Shown here in pieces: positions 7,688 through 17,700 of a stretch of DNA of 64,000 nt. The first letter of the stretch is position 1. Each line of letters starts with the position of its first letter. Source of the stretch: an uncultured Candidatus Saccharibacteria bacterium. Lineage in GTDB: Bacteria; Patescibacteriota; Saccharimonadia; Saccharimonadales; HK-STAS-PATE-42. The notes beneath the pieces were generated by a model. It did no database searches, was not told where the DNA came from, and saw only the letters and a list, made by a program, of their open reading frames with translations. Where the stretch lies: positions 33,792-97,791 of the forward strand of contig CAYWUW010000001.1 in assembly GCA_964461505.1 (NCBI GenBank). Reading direction: 5' to 3'. The translations under genes and the position numbers were made by a program.

Positions 7688-9001
7688 ATGGGAAAACGTA
7701 GGAATAAGAAGTTTGAGCCTTATGTGATTGAAGATCTGGCTTTAGAAAAGTTTGTGAATGGTGGGCAGGCGCTGGGTTATTCTAGCAAAGAATCTGGTGA
7801 GAAGCCGGTTTTTGTGTGGGGAGCTTTGCCTGGCGAAAAAGTTGATGTGCTGGTTACAAAATCTAGAAGAGGGGTTTTGGAAGGTCTGGCTGAAAGCATT
7901 AAGCTTAAATCTCTAAAAAGAGTTGAGCCACAAAATGAGTATGAATATTTAAGTACAAGTCCGTGGCAAATTCTAGATTCTGGTTTTGAAAATGAGGTTA
8001 AACTTAATTTGCTCAAACAGACTTTTCGGCACGAGGCTGGCATTGATTTAAGTGAGATCGACTTCTATTCTGGAGATGAAGAATATGGTTATCGAAACAA
8101 GATGGAGTATAACTTTTGGGGCGATGAGGGCGGAATTCACTTGGCTTTGCATAAGCGTGGTTCTGGGCAAAAGATTAAGCTTAAGGGTTCGGTTCTGGCT
8201 TCTGATGCAATTAATAAAGCAGGAGAAGATCTGGTTACTAAGCTTAATTCTCTCGGGATTTTTGCAGGAGATTTGAAATCTGTAATTTTTAGATCTAACC
8301 GAAAAGGGGAGTGCGTGGCGGCCCTTTTTGTTAAGAAAGAAGATTTTAAGGAATTCGAGGTTCCAGAAAATCTAAAAGGTTTGGTTTGTTATTATTCTAA
8401 TCCTAAATCTCCGGCCTCTGTTATTACTAAAGAACTGTGGGCTCTTGGTGATATTAAGCTTAGTGATCAAATTCTTGAAAATGAGATTTGGTATGATGTT
8501 AATTCTTTTTTTCAATTAAATATTCCTGTTTTTGAAGAGGCGTTAAAAGATATCAAAAAGTTCTTAGCCACTAAGCTTAATGTTGTGGATTTTTACGGAG
8601 GTGTTGGCAGTATTGGGATTTCTGTAGCTGGTGAAAATAATTTAGAGATTGTGGAACTTGATGGGCATAGTTCTAAAATGGCGAAACAAAATATTGCTAA
8701 GCTTAATTTTGGCGGCAGTGCAAGAATCTGGAATCTTTCTGCCGAGGATTCTTTAGAAAAAATTGTGCAAGATTCTGTTTTGATTGTGGATCCGCCTCGG
8801 GCTGGGTTGCACAAGAAAGTTGTTCAAAAGATTGCGGAGGTTAAGCCTGGGCAGTTGATCTATTTAAGCTGTAACCCTGTTACGCAAGCTCGAGATTTAA
8901 AAGAGATTATTGATGCTGGTTATAAAATTAAGCTTGCTAGAGGTTACAACTTCTTTCCGAAAACTCCGCATATTGAGAGTTTAGTTATTTTGGAGCGTTA
9001 A
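7688..9001 (+). CDS. RNA (uracil-5)-methyltransferase, RumA/TrmA family
   Basis: N-terminal TRAM-like region, DPPRAGL, YLSCNPVTQARD. Start set at ATG 7688, downstream of the -10 box. Confidence 0.8.
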   Translation: MGKRRNKKFEPYVIEDLALEKFVNGGQALGYSSKESGEKPVFVWGALPGEKVDVLVTKSRRGVLEGLAESIKLKSLKRVEPQNEYEYLSTSPWQILDSGFENEVKLNLLKQTFRHEAGIDLSEIDFYSGDEEYGYRNKMEYNFWGDEGGIHLALHKRGSGQKIKLKGSVLASDAINKAGEDLVTKLNSLGIFAGDLKSVIFRSNRKGECVAALFVKKEDFKEFEVPENLKGLVCYYSNPKSPASVITKELWALGDIKLSDQILENEIWYDVNSFFQLNIPVFEEALKDIKKFLATKLNVVDFYGGVGSIGISVAGENNLEIVELDGHSSKMAKQNIAKLNFGGSARIWNLSAEDSLEKIVQDSVLIVDPPRAGLHKKVVQKIAEVKPGQLIYLSCNPVTQARDLKEIIDAGYKIKLARGYNFFPKTPHIESLVILER

Positions 9002-9044
9002 GTTAGATATTTATTTTCTGAGGGTGGCGGTTAACCTTGAACTG

Positions 9045-9473
9045 TCAATAAAAAGATCCAGTGCATCTTTTTATGCTTGGTACGACTATATCGGAATTAA
9101 GTAGAGTTTTTGTGTGCACGCCTTCTGCTTGTAATGTGACTACACTAAGCTTAACTACTTTTACTAATTCTAAATCGATTAGGCCGTTGCCTATTGCGGC
9201 ACATTTCTCAGGATTAAGGTTTTGGGCTAGGCTTTTTTTATCGGCGGCAGTCTTCGCCAGTCGCCATTCTATGTTTAGATCTTTGGCTATAGTATCCGCA
9301 TCACCTCTTGTGTCACCTGTAAATAATATTAGCCTGAACCCTGCGGACTTAAGCTTAGCGAGACGTTCTTTTACGCCTTCCACTATAACGCCTCCAACTG
9401 ATAGTGTTCCATTTAAGTCTAATATTATTGTATCTATGGAAAAATCTTTGGTTCCCGGAATATTGTATTTCAT
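9045..9473 (-). CDS. HAD-superfamily hydrolase (small soluble P-type-ATPase-like)
   Basis: ILDLNGTL, FTGDTRG, IGNGLID motifs. Confidence 0.65.
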   Translation of the reverse strand: MKYNIPGTKDFSIDTIILDLNGTLSVGGVIVEGVKERLAKLKSAGFRLILFTGDTRGDADTIAKDLNIEWRLAKTAADKKSLAQNLNPEKCAAIGNGLIDLELVKVVKLSVVTLQAEGVHTKTLLNSDIVVPSIKRCTGSFY

Positions 9474-9508
9474 AAATTCTATACTTTAGTTGTTAACTGT
9501 AACTATAA

Positions 9509-9517
9509 TGCTAAACT
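9509..9517 (+). promoter_or_regulatory. extended -10-like box TGCTAAACT
   Basis: 9 nt before ATG 9527; overlaps a TATAAT at 9504. Confidence 0.45.
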
Positions 9518-9526
9518 TAATTATAT

Positions 9527-10285
9527 ATGAGTGAGGTGAAGAAGTTGGGGTATCGGGGGGTTTTTGATCTGAGTAATCCGGATCCATTTAGAATCTCGCG
9601 TTCTAAAATCGATCTTTTTTTGAATTGTGAGCGATGTTTTTGGTTGGAGGTTAGAAAAGGAATTAAACGTCCGCCTGGCTTTCCGTTTAATATTAATTCG
9701 GCAATTGATGAGCTCTTAAAACGTGAGTTCGATGTCTATCGCTTAGAAAAAAAACCGCATCCGATTATGATTGAAAATAAGCTTAGTGGAGTAATTCCGT
9801 TTGAGCATGAAGATATTGAAGTTTGGCGCGAGAATTTTACGGGGATTCAATATTATGATGAGGCACTAAACTTAATTATTTTTGGAGCGGTGGATGATAT
9901 CTGGGTTAATGGGGCAGGGGAGTTAATTGTGGTTGATTATAAATCTACCTCTAAAAAAGGAGAGGTAACACTTGATGCTGATTGGCAGATTGGCTATAAA
10001 AGGCAGATGGAATGTTATCAGTGGTTGCTGAGGCAAATTGGATTTAAGGTTAGTGACACTGGTTATTTTGTGTATGCAAATGGAGATAGCAGCGCGGAAG
10101 GGTTCTTTAATGAAGTTAAGTTTAATACAAAATTGATAAGTTACAGTGGTAATGATGAGTGGGTGGGGCCAACTCTTGTTAAGCTTAAAAAGTGTATGGA
10201 AAGTGATGAGATGCCAAAGTTTGGCGGTGCTTGCGAGTATTGTAAGTATGTGGGCGAGAGGTTGAAGTTAAGCTGGGGGAGTTAG
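9527..10285 (+). CDS. PD-(D/E)XK nuclease, Cas4/RecB-like with Cys cluster
   Basis: CERCFW near the N-terminus, D..VVDYKST core, C-terminal CEYC. Confidence 0.65.
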   Translation: MSEVKKLGYRGVFDLSNPDPFRISRSKIDLFLNCERCFWLEVRKGIKRPPGFPFNINSAIDELLKREFDVYRLEKKPHPIMIENKLSGVIPFEHEDIEVWRENFTGIQYYDEALNLIIFGAVDDIWVNGAGELIVVDYKSTSKKGEVTLDADWQIGYKRQMECYQWLLRQIGFKVSDTGYFVYANGDSSAEGFFNEVKFNTKLISYSGNDEWVGPTLVKLKKCMESDEMPKFGGACEYCKYVGERLKLSWGS

Positions 10286-10343
10286 GTTTTATTTGTGTGT
10301 GCGTGGTGCGAACTCTAGCCTGTGCTAAGATGACAAGAATTGG

Positions 10344-10352
10344 TGGTATAAT
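10344..10352 (+). promoter_or_regulatory. extended -10 box TGGTATAAT
   Basis: upstream of ATG 10385. Confidence 0.55.
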
Positions 10353-10384
10353 TTTGTTTAAATATTAAGCTTAAGTTTTTATAT

Positions 10385-10876
10385 ATGCCAGAAGAAAAGA
10401 AATCTTTGTATGCTCCATTTTTATTGGTGATGTTAATTTTAAGTAGTATTGTGACATCTTTTATGATTATTGGTTTGGTTGTTGGTGTGATCAATTTTGT
10501 GTTTAGCACTGCTGTTGTAGTCGATAGCGTAGAAAGTGCTAGCGTAATGAGAGGTGTTGTGGCTTTTGGGCAAGTTCTGATTGCGGTTGGTTCTGCTGTG
10601 GCTCTGGCTTTATTGTGGATGCGCAAGAAGGAGGGGTTAATTTTAAAGATGATACTTTTGGCCTTTTCGAGCTTGGTGAGTGTTCTGGCGGTTAATTATA
10701 GTTATGGTTTCTCTGGCTTAGTAGAAGGTTCTACGGTGCGATTAGTTATTTTGATGATTGGGATTCTGGCGGTTCTTTGGAATGGTGGAATTGCAACTTT
10801 GTGGTATTTTGCGTGGCGGGCTCAAGAAAAGTATGATGGAATTGGGAAGTTTTTGGGTTCTAAAAAAGTGGATTAA
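10385..10876 (+). CDS. integral membrane protein, hypothetical
   Basis: four to five hydrophobic helices; 163 aa. Confidence 0.55.
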   Translation: MPEEKKSLYAPFLLVMLILSSIVTSFMIIGLVVGVINFVFSTAVVVDSVESASVMRGVVAFGQVLIAVGSAVALALLWMRKKEGLILKMILLAFSSLVSVLAVNYSYGFSGLVEGSTVRLVILMIGILAVLWNGGIATLWYFAWRAQEKYDGIGKFLGSKKVD

Positions 10877-10990
10877 GCTTAGCCGAAATATCTTACTTTC
10901 TTTATTTCTTTTCTTTTCTTTTGTTGTGGATGCTTTTTGTCATCTTAGACTTGGCTAGGGGCTCAATCAAATAAATGTCCTTTTACTATT

Positions 10991-11021
10991 TTTCTTTTTT
11001 TGAAAAAAAGAAACAAAAAAC
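10991..11021 (+). repeat. repeat family C copy
   Basis: TTTCTTTTTTTGAAAAAAAGAAACAAAAAAC. Confidence 0.75.
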
Positions 11022-11072
11022 TTCTGCCCTCGAATCCGTTTCTAAACAAAGAAGCTTAGTGTTCGCTTTTTT

Positions 11073-11095
11073 GGGGCGGATGGTCGGGCACCGAA
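11073..11095 (+). repeat. repeat family F (GGGGCGGATGGTCGGGCrCCGAA)
   Basis: second copy at 13532. Confidence 0.75.
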
Positions 11096-11132
11096 ACGAG
11101 TTTGGGGTTGATGTGATTTGGATCTAGTTCGG

Positions 11133-11141
11133 TGGTATAAT
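11133..11141 (+). promoter_or_regulatory. extended -10 box TGGTATAAT
   Basis: 11 nt before ATG 11153. Confidence 0.6.
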
Positions 11142-11152
11142 TGGGGTTAGAT

Positions 11153-12460
11153 ATGTTGGATATTAAGTTGGTTCGTGAGAATCCGGAAGTTGTTAAAACG
11201 GCTGCAAAGAATAAGAATTTACAGGTTGATGTTGATCGGCTTTTGGTTGTTGATGGGCAAGTTCTATCTTTAAGGCAAAAGTTAGATGATTTACGGCAGA
11301 AGCGGAATGAGAATTCTGAAAAGATGCAAAAAAGTGGAGGTGGGAAGCCTTCTAACGAACAGATTGAAGCAGGGAAGAAGTTGAAAGATGAGATTGCGGC
11401 CACAGAAACTGAGCTTAATCCGCTAGAAGAAGAGTGGCTAAGCTTAATGTATAGTTTGCCGAATATTCCGGAGCCAGAAGTTCCGGTTGGGGCAAGCGAA
11501 GAAGAAAATGTGGTTGTTGCGGAATTTGGCCAAAAACCAGAATTTAGTTTTGAGCCTAAAAATCACTGGGAAATTGCTCGGGCTAAGGGTTGGATTGATA
11601 AAGAACGGGCGGCGAAAGTGGCTGGTTCCAGGTTTGCTTATGTGAAGGGAGAGATGTTCAAGCTCCAATTTGCATTAGTCAATTTTGTTTCCGACAGATT
11701 GACTGATGAGAGTTGGCTAGAGAGAGTGGCCAAAAAAGCTAAGCTTAATGTTTCGCATAAATCTTTTGTTCCGGTTATTCCGCCGATGATGGTTAAAACA
11801 GAGCCGTTTAAGGGCACGGCGAGGTTGAGTAAAGAAGAGCAGACTTATCAGCTTGAGGGTGAGGAACTCTGGCTTAATGCGAGTGCTGAACACAGTATTT
11901 GCCCAATGTATATGGATGAGATTTTGCAGGAAGATGAACTCCCGATAAGATATCTGGGTTATGCAACATCTTTTAGAAAAGAGGCCGGAACTTACGGTAA
12001 AGACATGGAAGGCATTTTGCGTATGCATCAGTTTGATAAGTTAGAGATGGAATCTTTTACAACTAAAGAAGAAAGCAAAGACGAGCATCTTTTTTTGATT
12101 GCGATTCAGCAAGAGCTTCTTGAGGAACTGGGCCTGTATTATCATTTTTTGGAAAAGTGTACAGCTGATATTGGAACTCCAAATGCTAAGGGTGTAGATC
12201 TTGAAACATGGTTTCCGGGGCAGGATAAGTTTAGGGAAACTTCTAGTGCAGATTTGATGAATGATTTTCAGGCCAGAAGGTTGAATATGCGAGTTCGTAG
12301 AAAGAATGGGGATTTGGAGTTGATGCACACGAATGATGCGACTGGAATTGTGATGAGCAGGATTCCTCCGGCAATTTTGGAGAATTATCAGACTGAGAAT
12401 GGGGATGTGGTTGTTCCAGAAGTTTTGAGGCCTTATTTGGGCGGCAGAGAGCTGATTTAA
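11153..12460 (+). CDS. serS: serine--tRNA ligase
   Basis: MLDIKLVRENPE start, N-terminal coiled coil, class II motifs (FRKEAGTYGKD, THNDATG-like). Confidence 0.92.
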   Translation: MLDIKLVRENPEVVKTAAKNKNLQVDVDRLLVVDGQVLSLRQKLDDLRQKRNENSEKMQKSGGGKPSNEQIEAGKKLKDEIAATETELNPLEEEWLSLMYSLPNIPEPEVPVGASEEENVVVAEFGQKPEFSFEPKNHWEIARAKGWIDKERAAKVAGSRFAYVKGEMFKLQFALVNFVSDRLTDESWLERVAKKAKLNVSHKSFVPVIPPMMVKTEPFKGTARLSKEEQTYQLEGEELWLNASAEHSICPMYMDEILQEDELPIRYLGYATSFRKEAGTYGKDMEGILRMHQFDKLEMESFTTKEESKDEHLFLIAIQQELLEELGLYYHFLEKCTADIGTPNAKGVDLETWFPGQDKFRETSSADLMNDFQARRLNMRVRRKNGDLELMHTNDATGIVMSRIPPAILENYQTENGDVVVPEVLRPYLGGRELI

Positions 12461-12521
12461 GTTTTAGCTTACTTGCTCGCCTCTGTCTCCTAGGCCTTGG
12501 GGTTTTGTGGTAAGCGAGGGG

Positions 12522-12530
12522 TGGTATAAT
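12522..12530 (+). promoter_or_regulatory. extended -10 box TGGTATAAT
   Basis: upstream of hpf; this gene also has a GAAGGGAG Shine-Dalgarno. Confidence 0.55.
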
Positions 12531-12557
12531 TTAGGGTGTGTAAATGAAGGGAGTTTT

Positions 12558-12938
12558 ATGGAATTTACGTTATCTGTCAGGCATTTAAAGAAGGGTCAAA
12601 AACTACCCAAAAGTGTGCAGGAATTAATCGATAAAAAAGTAGCTAAGCTTGCGGAGGTGGTTCCGGCTCATGCTAAAAAAAGTGCTAAGTTAGAACTTAT
12701 TCTTGATGAGGCAGATAATAGCAAAAAAGGGGAGAAGTTCCATTTTGAGGCTAAGCTTAATTTGCCAGAAAAGATATTGATTTCAGGGGTGAGTTCTAAA
12801 TCTGCAGAGCAGGCTATAGAAAAAGCGGAGGCCAAGCTCTTGCGCCAGGTTCGTAAATATAAAATTCAGCACCATACTTTAAAAAAGATGGACAAGAAGA
12901 CTTTGGCTAAGCTTAGGAAGATTCTGAAAAGAGGTTAA
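12558..12938 (+). CDS. hpf: ribosome hibernation-promoting factor (HPF/RaiA family)
   Basis: MEFTLSVRHL.., KLELILDE, FHFEAKLNLP, AEQAIEKAEAKLLRQVRKYK. Confidence 0.8.
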   Translation: MEFTLSVRHLKKGQKLPKSVQELIDKKVAKLAEVVPAHAKKSAKLELILDEADNSKKGEKFHFEAKLNLPEKILISGVSSKSAEQAIEKAEAKLLRQVRKYKIQHHTLKKMDKKTLAKLRKILKRG

Positions 12939-12960
12939 GTTTAAGCTTAGTCTGATTTAT

Positions 12961-13041
12961 TCCTCCCCCCCTTTTTTTTTGGGGGGGAGCCTGCCCCGCA
13001 TTCATTGCGGGGTGGCTTGAAAGGCTGGAGGGGGCTTTTTT
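12961..13041 (+). repeat. structured repeat family B copy with C7-T9-G7 hairpin
   Basis: same three hairpins as 7127-7194; homopolymer runs at 12965-12987. Confidence 0.8.
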
Positions 13042-13126
13042 AAGCTTAGGCTCTATTTTCTGAGGTTTTTCTCTTTACTCTTTCTCACCCTTCCCCTAAC
13101 CCCTCCCTCAAGGGAGGGGAATTGCC

Positions 13127-13209
13127 CTGCGGAAGCTACGCTTAAGATTAGAAAACGGTCTGAACCTTACTAGCTCGCTCCATCCTCGGGCGAGCTCGTT
13201 GAACAATAC
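13127..13209 (+). repeat. repeat family D copy
   Basis: aligns with 7478-7559 along its length. Confidence 0.85.
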
Positions 13210-13310
13210 TAGAAGGCTCCGAGAGGTAAAGGTTGATGGTAATTAAGCTTAGTTCCTGTATCTGTCATCCCGGACTTGATCTGGGATCCTATAAATAAGG
13301 ATTCTTCTTT

Positions 13311-13370
13311 TTTGACCGGATCCTCAGCCATGGCATGTCATGGCGACATGCCATGGCTGGGGATGACGGA
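13311..13370 (+). repeat. hairpin repeat family A copy
   Basis: TTTGACCGGATCCTCAGCCATGGCATGTCATGGCGACATGCCATGGCTGGGGATGACGGA. Confidence 0.85.
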
Positions 13371-13531
13371 GAAAGGTGTGCGGATGCCAGTGTCTGGAGA
13401 TTAAGCTTAATTTATATCTAAGATTCCCGCCTCCCCGCTTCGCCATGTAGGCTACACAGGGCAAGCCGCGAGGATGACGGAGGTGGGGACGGGGATGACA
13501 GAGAAAGGTGCGGGGATGACAAATAGGGGTG

Positions 13532-13554
13532 GGGGCGGATGGTCGGGCGCCGAA
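13532..13554 (+). repeat. repeat family F copy
   Basis: GGGGCGGATGGTCGGGCGCCGAA. Confidence 0.75.
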
Positions 13555-13595
13555 CGATTAAGGTTTTGGACTGGCGTTTAAGCTTGGGGCTCTGT

Positions 13596-14225
13596 TTAGA
13601 TTTTTTGGAGGATGGCGAGAGAGTGGGTGATTTTGGTTAGTTTGAAGTTCTTATTAAGCTTAAGGAATTCATCTGTGGCTTTTTTGGCTCCAGGTAGCGC
13701 GGGGTTGTCGTAATCATCCACAATAATTACCGCTCCACTCGAGGTTTTATCTTTAATTAAGTTTAGAGAATCTTGAATTGAGCTATAAAAATCTCCATCC
13801 AAAAAGGCAAAGCAGATATTTTTTGGGAGATCTTTTTGTTTTAAATCTGAAAACCAAGCTTTTTTAACTTTGACATTTTTTAAACTTAAGCTAGATTTTT
13901 TAAAGTTAAGCTTAAGCTGAGATTTTGTAGCGATGAGTTCGCCTTGGATAAAATCTTGCCCGGCGGCAGATTGATCTTCTAGTTCTTTTTTTGGTAAGCC
14001 TGCAAATGAATCGTAAAGGTAGAGCCGCTTTTTTGGGGTGAGTTCTAAAATTAATCTTTGCAAAAAGAGGCTGGTTGTGCCGGCAAAGCAGCCGAGTTCG
14101 AGAACATCTCCGCGAATGTTTAAGCTTAGCGTTTTTTCTAATTCTTGCAAAATTACAAGGAGTTCATCTGGCTCGATTTGTTCGGAGATGATGGGGTAAC
14201 TTTGAATTAAGCTTAAAGCGTTCAC
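13596..14225 (-). CDS. class I SAM-dependent O-methyltransferase, TylF/MycF-like
   Basis: ELGCFAGTTS, DSFAGLP, LDGDFYSS, VDDYDNPALPGAKKA. Confidence 0.7.
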   Translation of the reverse strand: MNALSLIQSYPIISEQIEPDELLVILQELEKTLSLNIRGDVLELGCFAGTTSLFLQRLILELTPKKRLYLYDSFAGLPKKELEDQSAAGQDFIQGELIATKSQLKLNFKKSSLSLKNVKVKKAWFSDLKQKDLPKNICFAFLDGDFYSSIQDSLNLIKDKTSSGAVIIVDDYDNPALPGAKKATDEFLKLNKNFKLTKITHSLAILQKI

Positions 14226-14230
14226 GATGC

Positions 14231-14644
14231 TTAATTTAGGTTTAGCTTAATTTTTTTGACTTGTTCTTCTAGACTTTTTGAATCTGCTGGAGGTTGCGGC
14301 TTTTTAAGATCTTCACTTTGGTAAAGAGGAGTAATGTGAATGTGGGCGTGCGGAACTCCAAAACCTTCGACGATGAGGCCAACTCTGGGCGGTGCGTAAG
14401 TTAAGCTTAGAGCCTGACGGATTTTTTTGGCTATCTCGAACAAATAATGATAGTTTTTAGAATCTAGATCCCAGAGATGATCTTGATGAGTTTTTGGGAT
14501 AAGCAGAGTGTGGCCAGGGTTGGTGGGGTTAAGATCTAAAAATGCTAAGCTTAAATCATCTTCGTAGATTTTGTGGCAGGGAATATCTTTGGCGATAATC
14601 TTGCAAAAAATACAGCTGGGATCGTGTTTAAAATCTGGATGCAT
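14231..14644 (-). CDS. HIT-family (histidine triad) protein
   Basis: CIFCKII, HAHIHITP triad. Confidence 0.85.
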   Translation of the reverse strand: MHPDFKHDPSCIFCKIIAKDIPCHKIYEDDLSLAFLDLNPTNPGHTLLIPKTHQDHLWDLDSKNYHYLFEIAKKIRQALSLTYAPPRVGLIVEGFGVPHAHIHITPLYQSEDLKKPQPPADSKSLEEQVKKIKLNLN

Positions 14645-14707
14645 AGTTTTTATTCTACAATATTCTTGAAAAAGAGAGTAAAATTAGCAGACATTGAGCA
14701 GTGTTTC

Positions 14708-14716
14708 TGTTAGAAT
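14708..14716 (+). promoter_or_regulatory. extended -10-like box TGTTAGAAT
   Basis: upstream of secA, followed by TAAGCTTAA. Confidence 0.4.
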
Positions 14717-14770
14717 TAAGCTTAATCGATCTAAAATATCTTTTTAGAAAAACATAAGAGGAGAGTAGTT

Positions 14771-17700
14771 TTGAAAGTTTCTAAAATAAACTTGAAGGCT
14801 GGAAAGTCTGATAAATCTGAAGGGGCAAAAGCTCTAAAAAAGTTACCAAAAAAGCCTAGAAAGCAATTGGGCAAATCTAAGCTGGATGGCGATTTAAAAT
14901 CTTCTAAAAAATCAATCAGAAGGGTTGCTAAAAAAACGTTGGGCGATCCGCAAGATCAGGCTTTAAGGCGAATGCGCAAGGTTGCGGCGCAAATTAATAA
15001 GTTGGAGCCGAACTATAAAGATCTTAGTGATAAAAAGCTGAAAGAGGAATCGCTTAAGCTTAGGGAAAGGGCGCAGAATGAGGATTTGGATAAGTTGTTG
15101 CCAGAAGCTTTTGCGCTGGTGCGGGAGAGTTCCAGAAGAAAACTTGGGCAAAGGCATTTTGATGTACAGCTGATTGGTGGAATGGTTTTGCATGAAGGGA
15201 ATGTGGCCGAGATGAAAACTGGTGAGGGTAAAACTTTGATGGAAACTTTGCCAGTTTATCTAAATGCTTTAAGCGCAAAAGGAGTGCATGTGGTTACGGT
15301 GAACGATTATCTGGCGCAGCGTGATGCCGGATGGATGGCGCAGATTTATGATGCGCTGGGGATGAGCGTGGGGGTGATAATTCCAGATCAATCTTTTGTT
15401 TATGACTCTAAGTTCGAAAATAAAGAACATATTGATGAGCGTTTTTGGAACTTAAGGCCAGCAACAAGAAGAGAAGCATATGAGGCAGACATAACTTACG
15501 GAACAAATAATGAGTTCGGCTTTGATTATCTTAGGGATAATATGGTTGAATCTGCACAGCAACTTAGGCAAAGAGATCTTAATTTTGCGATTGTTGATGA
15601 GGTAGATTCAATTTTGGTAGATGAGGCGCGAACTCCGTTGATAATTTCTGCGGCAGCTAGTGAAAGCGGAGCCGGCTATAGATTGTTTGCAGAAATTGCA
15701 ACACACTTTGAGCCAGAAGATTATGTTCTGGAAGAAAAAAGAAAAGCCGTAAACTTAACAGATGCAGGAATCGCGAAAGTAGAGAAGCTCTTGGGAATTG
15801 AGAATCTGTATGATCCAAAAAATGTGCATCACATTTACCATTTAGAGCAAGCTCTGCGGGCACAAACTTTGTTTAAGCGCGATAAAGATTATGTTGTTGC
15901 AAAAGATGGCGAAGTGATTATTGTGGATAGCTTTACAGGGCGTTTGTTGCCAGGAAGAAGATATAGCGAAGGCTTGCATCAGGCTTTAGAGGCAAAAGAG
16001 GCGGTAAGAGTTCAAGAAGAAAGCGTAACGCTTGCAACAATTTCATTCCAAAATTATTTTAGGCTTTATGAAAAGCTGGCTGGAATGACGGGAACGGCCA
16101 AAACGGAGCAAGAAGAGTTCCAGCAGGTTTATGATATGGCGGTGATTGAGGTTCCGCCAAACAGAAAATTGATGCGAAAAGATCTAAACGATAGAATTTA
16201 TGCAACCGAAAAAGCTAAGCTTACGGCGATTGTAGAAAAGGTTAAAGAATTAAGCTTAGCAGGGCAGCCGGTTCTGCTGGGAACGGTTTCTATCGAAAAA
16301 AATGAACTTTTGAGCGGCTTGTTAAGTTCTGCTGGAGTTAAGCACAATGTTTTAAATGCGAAGAATAACGAGGGCGAGGCTCTGGTTGTTGCAAAGGCGG
16401 GCCAAAAAGGGGCGGTAACTTTGGCTACGAACATTGCAGGGCGCGGAACAGATATTGTTTTAACCGACGAGGTTAAAGAACTGGGCGGTTTGTTTGTTCT
16501 GGGTTCTGAAAGGCATGAATCTCGTAGAATTGATAATCAGCTAAGAGGCCGTTCTGGGCGCCAGGGAGACCCGGGAACTTCTCAGTTCTATATTTCTGCA
16601 GAAGATGAATTGATGCGTGTGTTTGGTGGTGAAACTCTGGCTGGTTTGATGGTGCGATTGGGGGCAGATTCTGAAGAACCGATTGAGCGCAGGTCAATCT
16701 CTCGTGCAATTGAGCGAGCTCAAAAACTGGTTGAAGGAATGAGTTATGATGCGCGTAAAAATGTTGTTCAGTATGATGATGTGATGAACAGGCATCGGCG
16801 CGCGGTGTATTCTAGCAGAAAAGCAATGCTTAGGGCAGAAGAAAACGAGCGTGTTGAAAAGCTTATTGCAGATGCGGCAAGTGGCGCGGCTCAGGATTCT
16901 AGCAATCTTTTATTAAGCTTAGCATTAAGTGAAGAAAAGGCGGATAGAAAAGCTCTGCCAGAAGCGCTGGAGCTTTTGGATAATCAGTTTAAGCTTAAAA
17001 AGAATGATCTTGAAGAAATCAAAAAGTTACTTAAGCTTAGCGATTCCGATTACGAAAAAGAGGAAGAAACTAAAGAGGGGGTAACTAAACTATCTTTAAG
17101 AAGAAGAGTTACTAGAATTCGCCCCAAAAGCATTGTTAGCGGGGCTAAGCTTAAGCTTAAAAAACGCAAACGCAATAAGAATTTGGCAAAAAAGAGGAAA
17201 TCTACTGCTAAAAATATTGCAAAGATTTTGAACCAATCTTTTGCGGCTGCGATGGAAAAGTTTTCTAAAGATTTAAGCTTAGAAGCTAGCTTTGGATTCC
17301 AGCGTTTAGCTTATCTTAAAATTTTAGATGAGCTGTGGATGCAACATCTTGAAAATATGCAGCACCTTCGTGAGGGAATCGGCTGGAGAAGTGTTGGGCA
17401 AAAAGATCCGTTGGTGGAATATCGTTTTGAAGGGCAGAGAATTTTTGAAGAGATGATGAAGAATCTTAGAATGGAACTTGTTTTTAATTTGACTTCTGCT
17501 AACCCGAAGAGTGTGGCGAATTTGCGGATGGAAACGGAACTTACTAAAGCGGCGGGGCACGCAATTGAAAATGCTGATGAAATTACAAATACTCAAAAAG
17601 AATTTGAAGCGGATGATTTTAGCGGATCGACTCGGGTTATAGAACTTGCAGAAAACGGTGAAGAACTTGTGGTTGAGGCAAAAAGTTCTAAGGGCGCCAC

